A DNA stretch of 24,581 nucleotides. It comes from an uncultured Clostridiaceae bacterium (GTDB taxonomy: Bacteria; Bacillota; Clostridia; TANB77; CAG-465). The DNA lies in NCBI GenBank assembly GCA_964371585.1, contig CAYJMD010000006.1:20250-44830 (forward strand), given 5' to 3'. A program made the position numbers and the translations under genes. A model generated the notes under the pieces. That model was not told the DNA's origin. It was given only the letters and a program-made list of their open reading frames with translations, and made no database searches. This document shows, piece by piece, positions 15,624 through 23,878 of the stretch; the first letter of the stretch is position 1, and every line of letters starts with the position of its first letter.

Positions 15624-15651
15624 ATTATATCATAATTTTTCTAAATTTCAA
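15624..15651 (-). promoter_or_regulatory. promoter candidate for the J-domain gene
   Basis: On the minus strand: TTGAAA (plus-strand 15646-15651), 16-nt spacer ending in TGa, TATAAT (plus-strand 15624-15629). Confidence 0.5.
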
Positions 15652-15660
15652 CCTATTTAC

Positions 15661-15689
15661 TTGCATTTAAATAAAAACTTTAGTATAAT
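15661..15689 (+). promoter_or_regulatory. promoter candidate for gyrA
   Basis: TTGCAT 15661-15666, 17-nt spacer, TATAAT 15684-15689. Confidence 0.55.
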
Positions 15690-15718
15690 TATTAAAGTAA
15701 AACTATCGGAGGGATAAT

Positions 15719-18166
15719 ATGGATGAAATGAACGTAGCAGCCAAAAATGTGCTACCTGTAAATATAGAAAATGAGATGAGAAAGTCATATATAGACTATG
15801 CTATGAGTGTTATTGTATCTCGTGCACTTCCTGACGTAAGAGATGGGTTAAAACCAGTACATAGAAGAATATTATATGTAATGAGTGAGCTTGCATTATG
15901 GCCTGAAAAATCATATAGAAAATCAGCTAGTATAGTTGGGGATGTTATGGGTAATTACCATCCACACGGTGATGCATCTATATATGATGCTTTAGTACGT
16001 TTAGCTCAAGATTTCTCAATGAGATATCCTTTAGTTAACGGTCATGGTAACTTTGGATCTATAGATAACGATCCGCCAGCTGCTATGAGGTATACAGAGT
16101 CGAAATTACAAAAGATTTCTTTAGAAATGCTTGCAGATATAGATAAAAATACTGTAAACTATACTCCAAACTATGATGAAAGACTTAAAGAACCTACAGT
16201 TCTACCAGCAAAATTACCAAATCTGTTAATAAATGGAGCATATGGTATAGCAGTAGGTATGGCATGTAATATACCACCACATAATTTAACAGAAGTTGTA
16301 AATGGACTTTGTGCAATGATTGAAAATCCAGAAATAACAGATGAAGAATTAATTGAATATATTAAAGGGCCAGACTTTCCAACTGGAGCTACAATTGTAG
16401 GAAGAGAAGGAATAAAAAATGCATACACAACAGGAAGAGGTAAAGTTTGTGTAAGAGCAAAAACTGAAATTGAAGAAGATGCAAGAGGAAGATATAAAAT
16501 AATCGTAAGTGAAATACCTTATCAAGTAAATAAGGCTGCACTTATTCAAAATATAGCTTCCCTTGTTCAAGCTAAAACAATAGAAGGAATATCTGATTTA
16601 AGAGATGAGTCAGATAGACAAGGATTAAGAATAGTAATTGAACTTAAAAGAGATGCTAATCCAAATGTAGTTCAAAATTTACTATTTAAACATACAGCAC
16701 TTCAATCTACAGTAAGTATGTTAATGCTTGCGCTAGTAGATAACCAACCTAAAGTTTTAAGACTAAGTGAAATATTAACTCACTATATTAATCACAGAAA
16801 AGAAATTGTTGTAAGAAGAACTAAATTTGATTTAGATAAAGCAGAAGCTAGATTACATATATTAAAAGGATTAAAAATAGCTCTTGATAATATTGATGAA
16901 ATGATTACAATAATTCGTTCTTCTAAAAATGATGCTGAAGCTAAACTTAAAATGGCTGAAAGATTTGGAATTGATGATATTCAAGGACAAGCAATACTTG
17001 ATATGAGACTTAAAACTTTAACAGGTCTTCAAAGAGATAAGATTGAAGAAGAATACAATAATATAGTTAAACTTATTGCTGAGCTTAAAGAAATACTTGC
17101 AAATGAATCTTTAGTTATGAATATTATAAAGGAAGAATTATTAACTATAAAACAAACTTATGGTGATGAAAGAAAAACAAATATTGTTCATGGTGAAGGT
17201 GATATAGATATTGAAAGTCTTATTAAAGAAGAAACTAATGTTGTTACGATGACACATTTAGGATATATTAAAAGACTTGCAGTAGATACATATAAATCTC
17301 AAAGAAGAGGTGGAAAAGGTCTTACTGCTATGAATACTAGAGAAGAAGATTTTGTAGAGCATATGTTTGTAACATCAACACATGATTATATTATGTTCTT
17401 TACTAATTTAGGTAAAGTATTTAAATTAAAAGGATATGAACTTCCAGAAGCTAGTAGAACAGCTAAAGGAACAGCTATAGTTAATTTATTACAATTATCA
17501 CAAGGTGAAAAAATAGCTGCGGTTATTCCAGTTAAATCATTTGAAGAAGAATTATATGTTTTAATGGCTACTCGTAATGGGCTAATAAAGAAAACATTAT
17601 TAAATGAATATTCAAACATACGTAAATCTGGAATACAAAGTATTGTACTTAAAGAATCAGATGAACTTATTGATGTAAGAATAACTGATGGAAATAGTGA
17701 TATAGTAATGGTAACACATAACGGATTATCTATAAGATTTGATGAAAGCGATGTTAGAGCAGTGGGTAGAACTTCTATGGGAGTTAAAGGTATTAACCTT
17801 GGTAAAGATGATTGCGTGGTAGGCATGGAACCTATAGTAAATAAAAATGATTACATACTAGCAATAACTGAAAATGGGTTTGGTAAACGTACTGAAATTG
17901 AAGACTATAGAAAACAAACAAGAGCAGGTAAAGGTGTACTTACATATAAAACTACTCCTAAAACTGGTAAAATAATAGGTGTTAAAATTGTAACTGATAA
18001 GGATGATATAATGATCATTACTGATACAGGAATAATTATAAGACTAAAAGTTGAAGATATAAGTGTACTTGGTAGAAATACTCAAGGTGTAACACTTATG
18101 AGAACTTCTGAAGGTGGAAAAGTAATAAATATAGCTAAACTACCAAATGAGGAAAACGAAGAATAA
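15719..18166 (+). CDS. gyrA: DNA gyrase subunit A
   Basis: 815 aa. Catalytic AAMRYTE tyrosine motif, [15 protein letters not shown], and a GyrA box QRRGGKG in the C-terminal beta-pinwheel, which separates GyrA from ParC. GGAGGG RBS. Confidence 0.93.
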   Translation: MDEMNVAAKNVLPVNIENEMRKSYIDYAMSVIVSRALPDVRDGLKPVHRRILYVMSELALWPEKSYRKSASIVGDVMGNYHPHGDASIYDALVRLAQDFSMRYPLVNGHGNFGSIDNDPPAAMRYTESKLQKISLEMLADIDKNTVNYTPNYDERLKEPTVLPAKLPNLLINGAYGIAVGMACNIPPHNLTEVVNGLCAMIENPEITDEELIEYIKGPDFPTGATIVGREGIKNAYTTGRGKVCVRAKTEIEEDARGRYKIIVSEIPYQVNKAALIQNIASLVQAKTIEGISDLRDESDRQGLRIVIELKRDANPNVVQNLLFKHTALQSTVSMLMLALVDNQPKVLRLSEILTHYINHRKEIVVRRTKFDLDKAEARLHILKGLKIALDNIDEMITIIRSSKNDAEAKLKMAERFGIDDIQGQAILDMRLKTLTGLQRDKIEEEYNNIVKLIAELKEILANESLVMNIIKEELLTIKQTYGDERKTNIVHGEGDIDIESLIKEETNVVTMTHLGYIKRLAVDTYKSQRRGGKGLTAMNTREEDFVEHMFVTSTHDYIMFFTNLGKVFKLKGYELPEASRTAKGTAIVNLLQLSQGEKIAAVIPVKSFEEELYVLMATRNGLIKKTLLNEYSNIRKSGIQSIVLKESDELIDVRITDGNSDIVMVTHNGLSIRFDESDVRAVGRTSMGVKGINLGKDDCVVGMEPIVNKNDYILAITENGFGKRTEIEDYRKQTRAGKGVLTYKTTPKTGKIIGVKIVTDKDDIMIITDTGIIIRLKVEDISVLGRNTQGVTLMRTSEGGKVINIAKLPNEENEE

Positions 18167-18175
18167 TTAAATAAA

Positions 18176-18209
18176 GCATCTTGAATTTATTTCAAGATGT
18201 TTTGTTTTT
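18176..18209 (+). terminator. rho-independent terminator after gyrA
   Basis: GCATCTTGAA (18176-18185), loop TTTAT, TTCAAGATGT (18191-18200), then TTTGTTTTT. Confidence 0.75.
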
Positions 18210-18260
18210 ATATTGAAAGAAACAAGTTTTTATGTTAAAATAATAAACAGGAGGAAGACA

Positions 18261-18911
18261 ATGAAAAATGTATCAATAATTATATTACTTACTTTTTTAA
18301 TTGTAGTGATAGGAGTTTTAGCATATACAATATATGCTACTAATAATGAAATGAGTATACTTACTACTAGTGTAGAGAAATTAACTTCGGAAAATAGTGA
18401 TTTACAACAGAACTTACAAGAAAAAATTAATGAACTGGCAAGTATTAAACCAGAAGAAATAAGATTAGCAGTAACAGATTTATCTAAATTTGAAGATGTT
18501 GAAAGTAAAGGAATTGTGGTAAAACTGGATTCTACAGCTAAATTAGTTAGATTTAATGAAAAAGAAGTTGTTGTATATTATATTACTGAAGAAGATACTA
18601 CTGAGCAAGTTACAGTTCAAGATGTAACTAAAAATGTTGTTGATGTTATAGGTGGTATGTATTCAAACGGTCAGGCAAATAGATTATTTATGCTAATGGA
18701 AGATGGAACTGTTGAAATGACAACTCCTCTTGAAGTAACTACTTCAGTTGAAGGCGATACAAAAGAGGAAGAAGTATTAAAATCTACTGGAACAGTTAGT
18801 GGACTTTCTAATATAGTTAAAATAGCAATGATAGAAACTTCTGAAGATGTTTTAGGTGGAATACCTGTAGCTATAGATAAAGAAGGGAATATCCATAGAA
18901 TACACAATTAA
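18261..18911 (+). CDS. membrane-anchored hypothetical protein (N-terminal TM, coiled-coil segment, acidic T/E/V-rich ectodomain)
   Basis: The ORF track starts at 18213. AGGAGG at 18250-18255 precedes ATG 18261 (MKNVSIIILLTFLIVVIGVLAY), so that start is preferred. No family recognised. Confidence 0.6.
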   Translation: MKNVSIIILLTFLIVVIGVLAYTIYATNNEMSILTTSVEKLTSENSDLQQNLQEKINELASIKPEEIRLAVTDLSKFEDVESKGIVVKLDSTAKLVRFNEKEVVVYYITEEDTTEQVTVQDVTKNVVDVIGGMYSNGQANRLFMLMEDGTVEMTTPLEVTTSVEGDTKEEEVLKSTGTVSGLSNIVKIAMIETSEDVLGGIPVAIDKEGNIHRIHN

Positions 18912-18917
18912 AAATTT

Positions 18918-18959
18918 AGTTTTAGTTTGAAGTTTAATACTTTGAATTAAAACTTTTTT
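18918..18959 (+). terminator. possible terminator
   Basis: AGTTTTA (18918-18924) / TAAAACT (18948-18954), with an inner imperfect G-U-containing stem, followed by TTTTTT. A/U-rich, so weak. Confidence 0.4.
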
Positions 18960-18992
18960 GTACAAAATTAAGTATTAATTATATATAAAATA

Positions 18993-19020
18993 TTGAAAAT
19001 ATAAATATATAATGTATAAT
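18993..19020 (+). promoter_or_regulatory. promoter candidate for pyrH
   Basis: TTGAAA 18993-18998, 16-nt spacer with TG, TATAAT 19015-19020. Confidence 0.5.
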
Positions 19021-19046
19021 TATATTAGCTAGGAGAGGAGAATGAC

Positions 19047-19757
19047 ATGAACCCAAAGTATAAAAGAGTATTAATTAAATTAAGTGGTGAAGCAATAGGT
19101 GCCGAAGGCGGAAGAGGAATTGATTCTACTAAACTGGAAACTATTGTTACACAAATAATAGAACTTTCAAAAGCAGGTACACAACTTGCTATAGTAATAG
19201 GGGCAGGTAATTTTTGGAGAGGTAAATATGGCGAAGGTTATATGGAAAGAACAACTGCTGACTATATGGGAATGCTTGCTACAACATTAAATGCTTTAGC
19301 ACTTCAAGAAATGATAGAAAGTAAAGGGCACGAAACAAGAGTAATGACTGCTATTGAAATGAAACAAATAGCAGAGCCATATATAAGAAGAAAAGCAGTA
19401 ACACACTTAGAACATTTTAAAATAGTTATATGTGCATGTGGTTTAGGTAGCCCATATTTTACTACTGATTCTGCTGCAGCTTTAAGAGCTATAGAATTGA
19501 ATGCAGAAGCTATACTTCTTGCAAAAAATATAGATGGTGTATATGACAAGGATCCAAATAAATATGATGATGCCATTAAATATGAAAAAATATCACATAT
19601 GGAAGCGATATCTAAACAATTAGGAGTTATGGATATAACTGCATTAACACTATGTATGGAAAATAAATTACCTATATTAGTATTTGGATTGAATGAAAAA
19701 AATTCACTTAAAAGAGCAATATCTGGAGATAAAATAGGAACATTAATCGAGGTGTAG
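19047..19757 (+). CDS. pyrH: UMP kinase
   Basis: 236 aa. KRVLIKLSGEA, GAGNFWRG, ADYMGMLATTLNALALQ, PYFTTDSAAALRA and DGVYDKDP follow the PyrH amino-acid-kinase pattern. Some loops diverge from the usual GGGN / GTGNPFFTTD. Confidence 0.88.
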   Translation: MNPKYKRVLIKLSGEAIGAEGGRGIDSTKLETIVTQIIELSKAGTQLAIVIGAGNFWRGKYGEGYMERTTADYMGMLATTLNALALQEMIESKGHETRVMTAIEMKQIAEPYIRRKAVTHLEHFKIVICACGLGSPYFTTDSAAALRAIELNAEAILLAKNIDGVYDKDPNKYDDAIKYEKISHMEAISKQLGVMDITALTLCMENKLPILVFGLNEKNSLKRAISGDKIGTLIEV

Positions 19758-19759
19758 AT

Positions 19760-20410
19760 ATGGATAATAATGATATTAAATTAGAATTAAAACCTAAATT
19801 TAATTTTATATATGAACTTGGAATGCCAACTGGTAGAAAAATTAAAAATGCTTTAATTACAATAGTTATCATTACAATAATAAGTGTACTTGTATCTTTT
19901 GTTCCAGATACAGTAGACGCATCAACAGATTCATTAATTAGTTTTAATTTATTTGAGTATAAAAATGTTATACAGTTAGTTGCTTTAATTGCCGGAATTA
20001 TATCAGTACTTATTTTAGTATTTAGAATTGTTATTCAAGTAATGCAATATAATAGGACTAAATTTACTTTTTATAGTGATAGAGTAACATATGATGATAC
20101 TTTTTTAAATCAGAATAGAAAAACTTTAATGTATGCAAATATTAAAGAAGTAGAAATAAGAAGATATATTTGGGATCGAATAAACAAAACAGGTATGGTT
20201 ATATTATATACTAATGCAGAAAAAAATTATAGTTCAGGACTAATAATTCATTCTATATTAGATATTAAAAAATATTATGATGAAATAAATAGACTAGTTC
20301 ATTTTAAAGAAAATGTACCTAACTCTATTAATGATATTGAAACAAATAATGAAAGTAGTGTTAAGTCAGAAGAAGAAAAGAAATTTTTAGACGATTTAAA
20401 AAACGATTAA
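19760..20410 (+). CDS. membrane protein with a bacterial PH (bPH_2/YdbT-like) domain
   Basis: 216 aa. Two TM helices, then FYSDRVTYDDTFLNQNRKTLMYANIKEVEIRRYIWDRINKTGMVILYT, which fits the bPH pattern. The start is 3 nt after the pyrH stop, with GAGGTG inside the end of pyrH. Confidence 0.6.
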   Translation: MDNNDIKLELKPKFNFIYELGMPTGRKIKNALITIVIITIISVLVSFVPDTVDASTDSLISFNLFEYKNVIQLVALIAGIISVLILVFRIVIQVMQYNRTKFTFYSDRVTYDDTFLNQNRKTLMYANIKEVEIRRYIWDRINKTGMVILYTNAEKNYSSGLIIHSILDIKKYYDEINRLVHFKENVPNSINDIETNNESSVKSEEEKKFLDDLKND

Positions 20411-20416
20411 AATGAA

Positions 20417-20447
20417 GGTGTAATACTTTAAGTATTATGCCTTTTTT
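20417..20447 (+). terminator. rho-independent terminator
   Basis: GGTGTAATACT (20417-20427), loop TTA, AGTATTATGCC (20431-20441) with two G-U pairs, then TTTTTT. Confidence 0.7.
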
Positions 20448-20517
20448 GTGTATATATGAGTAATAGTAAATTAATTCTAATAAAATTTAGATAACTTAAT
20501 ATACTGTAGTATATGAG

Positions 20518-21777
20518 GTGATATCTTTGAAAAGTATATTAATGAAATTGAACAAAAGAAATGTGAATGTGTTTACTTATTTGAAAATATATATTATTCT
20601 AACTCTTTTATTTGTATATATTAACACAAGTTATGCAAGTAATTTTGTTTTTACAAATGAAACGTATCTAGATAGACAGTCAAGTATCTCTACATCTGTT
20701 AGTACTCCAGTATTTAATTTTACTTCTAAATCACAATTACTCATGGATGCAGCTACAGGAAATATAATTTATGCAAATAATGAAAATGAACATATTTATC
20801 CAGCTTCCGTTACTAAAATAATGACATTGCTATTACTTATGGAAGAAATTGATTCAGGTAAAATTGAATATGCTGACTATATAACGTGTAGTAGTAATGC
20901 TGCTTCAATGGGAGGAAGCCAGATATGGTTTAAAGAAAATGAAAAATTAACTGTAGAAGAAGCTTTAAAAGCTATTTGTATTGTTAGTGCTAATGATGTT
21001 ACAGTTGCTGTTGCAGAACATATAGGAGGAACAGAGGAAAATTTTGTAAGGTTAATGAATGAGAAAGCTAAAAGTATAGGAATGAATAATACTAATTTTG
21101 TTAATTCTCATGGTCTTGATGATGATAATCATTACACTACGGCTTTAGACATTGCTATAATGTCAAGAGAGCTTGTTAATAAGCATCCAAATATATTAAA
21201 TTATACTTCTATTTGGATGGATAGTTTAAGAGAAGGTACATTTGAACTTTCTAGTACAAATAAATTATTAAAATCATATGATGGAGCTCTTGGACTTAAA
21301 ACAGGATCTACGTCTAAAGCTTTATTTAGTTTGTCTGCTGTTGCTAAGAGAGATAATACAATGTTTATTTCGGTTGTATGCACTGCTCCAAGTTCAGATA
21401 TACGTTTAACTGAAACAAAACAGTTGCTAGATTATGGATTCAATAATTTTCAAAATATAAAGATATATGATAAAGGTGAAGTTATAGAAGAAATAAATAT
21501 AAATAAAAATATAAATGATAAAGCTCAAATAGTAACCAAAGATGATATATCTATTTTAGTAGAAAAGTCAGCAGAAGTTGCGTTTGATCCTAAAATTACA
21601 TATTTTAATAATCTAAAGGCTCCTCTTACTAAAGGTAGTGTTGTGGGTATATTAGAGGTTTATGATTCTGTAACAGGAGCTTTAATAGGAAGTAGCGATT
21701 TGATAATTGATACAGATATATCTAAGTCTAGTGTATTTGAATATTTAACTCATATATTTCAAAAGCTTAGCAAGTAA
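20518..21777 (+). CDS. D-alanyl-D-alanine carboxypeptidase (S11 peptidase, low-molecular-weight PBP, DacB/DacF-like)
   Basis: Motifs SVTK (SxxK), SAND (SxN) and KTGST (KTG), an N-terminal signal/TM segment, and a C-terminal PBP5-type domain. The start is uncertain: GTG 20518, TTG 20527 (6 nt after GAGGTG) or ATG 20542. Confidence 0.9.
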   Translation: MISLKSILMKLNKRNVNVFTYLKIYIILTLLFVYINTSYASNFVFTNETYLDRQSSISTSVSTPVFNFTSKSQLLMDAATGNIIYANNENEHIYPASVTKIMTLLLLMEEIDSGKIEYADYITCSSNAASMGGSQIWFKENEKLTVEEALKAICIVSANDVTVAVAEHIGGTEENFVRLMNEKAKSIGMNNTNFVNSHGLDDDNHYTTALDIAIMSRELVNKHPNILNYTSIWMDSLREGTFELSSTNKLLKSYDGALGLKTGSTSKALFSLSAVAKRDNTMFISVVCTAPSSDIRLTETKQLLDYGFNNFQNIKIYDKGEVIEEININKNINDKAQIVTKDDISILVEKSAEVAFDPKITYFNNLKAPLTKGSVVGILEVYDSVTGALIGSSDLIIDTDISKSSVFEYLTHIFQKLSK

Positions 21778-21826
21778 ATTAAAATAAATCGTGTATAGTA
21801 TAAAATTCATATAATAGTATATATTA

Positions 21827-21875
21827 AAATATAAGTGTAATTTAGCTACAAATATTACACTTATATTTCATTTAT
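21827..21875 (+). terminator. terminator hairpin after the carboxypeptidase gene
   Basis: Perfect 12-bp inverted repeat TATAAGTGTAAT (21830-21841) / ATTACACTTATA (21854-21865), extendable to 15 bp, with a 12-nt loop and T-rich downstream sequence. Confidence 0.55.
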
Positions 21876-21911
21876 GTTACAAAAATATAAGTAAAATATA
21901 GGTAAAAATGT

Positions 21912-21973
21912 AAAAAAAACAAAAAACTATAAAAAAGTAGTTAAAAAAAAAAAACAGTGTTGAAAAAAAAAAA
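21912..21973. repeat. cluster of poly(A) homopolymer tracts (A8, A6, A6, A12, A11)
   Basis: A8 21912-21919, A6 21921-21926, A6 21931-21936, A12 21943-21954, A11 21963-21973. The last two sit in a near-tandem unit: GTTAAAAAAAAAAAACAGT / GTTGAAAAAAAAAAACATA. Confidence 0.9.
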
Positions 21974-21988
21974 CATATATGATAAACT
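21960..21988 (+). promoter_or_regulatory. promoter candidate for the Tad-like operon, with the A11 tract in its -35/spacer
   Basis: TTGAAA 21960-21965, 17-nt spacer (21966-21982) made mostly of the A tract and ending in TGa, TAAACT 21983-21988. Confidence 0.4.
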
Positions 21989-22030
21989 ATAACAAAGAAT
22001 AAGAGTTCTAAAAAACATGGGGGTATATAT

Positions 22031-23113
22031 ATGATTGGTATGAGTCAATTAAAAAAGAGATTTTATCTTGGTTTAGCACTAGGTAGTGTGCTAGGTATAG
22101 CAGGTGTTGGTGTGTCACTAGCATTCTCATTTACAACTATAGATAATATTAAGAAAGGTACAGATGAAGCTTTCAATAAAGAGTTTACTAAAAAAGTTAC
22201 AGTGTTAAATCAGTCTGTTATTCAAGGACAAACTATAACGTCTGACATGATAACAACTCAAAACGTACACATAAACTTAGTTCCTTTTGAAAATGCAATG
22301 TTAATGGGAGGAGAAATCGCAAGATATAACATTCCTGCTATGATTCCAGTTTCAACTGAAATGATTTCAACAGATCTAATTGCACATGATGTGAGATTAC
22401 AAGAAATAAACACAGTGTTATTACCAAGTAAATTAATGGTAGGACAAAGTGTTGATGTTAAAATAACATTCCCTAATGGTACTGAATATACAGTATTAGT
22501 TGGTAAAAAAGTTATAGATATTCAAGGAACTACAATGTGGCTTGAACTTTCTGATTTTGAAACAAGTTTACTTAACAGTGCAGCAGTCGATTCATATTTA
22601 AATGATGGTACTAAATTATATGCTACATTATATGTTGATGAACTTTCTCAACTTTCAGGAAATACAGAAGAAAGTTTAAGCGCTGAGCAAAAAGTTAAAA
22701 ATAAACTTTATGACTTGATTCAAAGTGAACTTCCAAGTCTTTCAAGTTTAGATGGAGAGGAATTTGAAGAGCCATCTTCTGAAGAAGGACAAGAACAAGC
22801 TGCTGAACATGCACAAACTGTTAATGAAATATATAATTTTATAGTAACATATAATAACTTAACATCAATAGTTACTAAAACACAAAGTACATATGCTCCT
22901 AACACACAAGTTGAGCAAGCAATGAGAGAAAATCCAAACATAACTCAAGAAGCTTTAAGTGAATTAGATGAAGTAAATAGAATTAGACTTGAGACTTTAA
23001 ATACAGAATTCTTTGATATGCATGAAGAGGAAATGAGTTCAGTATCAACTGGAGCAAATGAGTCAATACAAGATCAAGAAGCTTTAAGAAGTACTCTTAT
23101 GACTAGTAACTAA
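22031..23113 (+). CDS. Flp/Tad pilus assembly protein CpaB/RcpC-like (SAF domain) with an acidic C-terminal extension
   Basis: 360 aa. N-terminal TM (LGLALGSVLGIAGVGVSLAF). SAF-like segment KKVTVLNQSVIQGQTITSDMITTQNV. CpaB-type segment GQSVDVKITFPNGTEYTVLVGKKVIDIQG...LELSDFETSLLNSA...GTKLYATLY. GGGGGT RBS. Confidence 0.65.
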   Translation: MIGMSQLKKRFYLGLALGSVLGIAGVGVSLAFSFTTIDNIKKGTDEAFNKEFTKKVTVLNQSVIQGQTITSDMITTQNVHINLVPFENAMLMGGEIARYNIPAMIPVSTEMISTDLIAHDVRLQEINTVLLPSKLMVGQSVDVKITFPNGTEYTVLVGKKVIDIQGTTMWLELSDFETSLLNSAAVDSYLNDGTKLYATLYVDELSQLSGNTEESLSAEQKVKNKLYDLIQSELPSLSSLDGEEFEEPSSEEGQEQAAEHAQTVNEIYNFIVTYNNLTSIVTKTQSTYAPNTQVEQAMRENPNITQEALSELDEVNRIRLETLNTEFFDMHEEEMSSVSTGANESIQDQEALRSTLMTSN

Positions 23114-23161
23114 TAAATATGTATAATATATAAGTATAAAACTTATTAAAATGGGGGAAAA

Positions 23162-23878
23162 ATGAAGGTAATAGGATTTTTAGGGTATAGTGAAAAGATA
23201 GATTTAGTATGTAGTTATGCAAAAACATTACAATTAATGGGTAATACAGTGCTTGTAGTTGATGCAACTTATGAAAATAAATACAAATATGTTGTACCAA
23301 CAATAGACACAGCTGATGAAGCGTTCTTAACACAATATGATGGTGTTGACTATGCGGTAGGATTTAATAGTTTAAATGAAGTGGAAAATTACCTATGTGA
23401 TGCAAGAATCAATATAAGTCTATACGATTACTTAATTTTAGATATTGACAATCCTAAAAAATATGAATACTTCAGAAGCAAAACAGCAGATAAATCATAC
23501 TTTATATTTGATACAAATATGTTAGCACTTAGAAAAAATGAAGAACTTATAAATTCAATGAAAGTGTATAATGTACTAGAAAACGAAGAAAATAAAATTC
23601 ATAAAATAATGTATAGAGCATATATAACAAGAACAGCAGAAAAATATTTTGAAACACGATTAGATGAAATGTCTACTGGATTTAGTGAATCAACTTTAGA
23701 AATTCAAGAGGATGAAAGGGATAAATCATTATTCCTTGACTCTTTAATTAGTGGATATATGAATCTTAAAAAACATTCAAAAGTATTTATTAACTCACTA
23801 TCAGAATTAATTAAAGAAGTAGAACCTGAGCATAGTGTATATCAAATAAGAAAAATCATAAAAAAAGGAGGGATATAA
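23162..23878 (+). CDS. ParA/MinD-fold protein, TadZ/CpaE-like, with no recognisable P-loop
   Basis: 238 aa. MKVIGFLGYSEKIDLVCSYAKTLQLMGNTVLVVDAT has the beta-strand/loop/helix layout of MinD/ParA but lacks GKT/S. YDYLILDI is a Walker-B-like strand. Assignment is by context and layout. Confidence 0.45.
   Translation: MKVIGFLGYSEKIDLVCSYAKTLQLMGNTVLVVDATYENKYKYVVPTIDTADEAFLTQYDGVDYAVGFNSLNEVENYLCDARINISLYDYLILDIDNPKKYEYFRSKTADKSYFIFDTNMLALRKNEELINSMKVYNVLENEENKIHKIMYRAYITRTAEKYFETRLDEMSTGFSESTLEIQEDERDKSLFLDSLISGYMNLKKHSKVFINSLSELIKEVEPEHSVYQIRKIIKKGGI

Noticed and set aside
17386-17826. 146-aa minus-strand ORF, plus similar antisense ORFs at 16171-16428, 16349-16570, 2815-3042 and 3778-3960
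   Set aside because: All are embedded in the strongly supported gyrA or valS coding sequences, lack RBSs and have S/L/I-rich composition typical of antisense or off-frame reading of A+T-rich genes.
15719-18166. Possibility that the orphan topoisomerase subunit is ParC (topoisomerase IV) because no gyrB is adjacent
   Set aside because: The C-terminal domain carries a canonical GyrA box (QRRGGKG), which ParC proteins lack.
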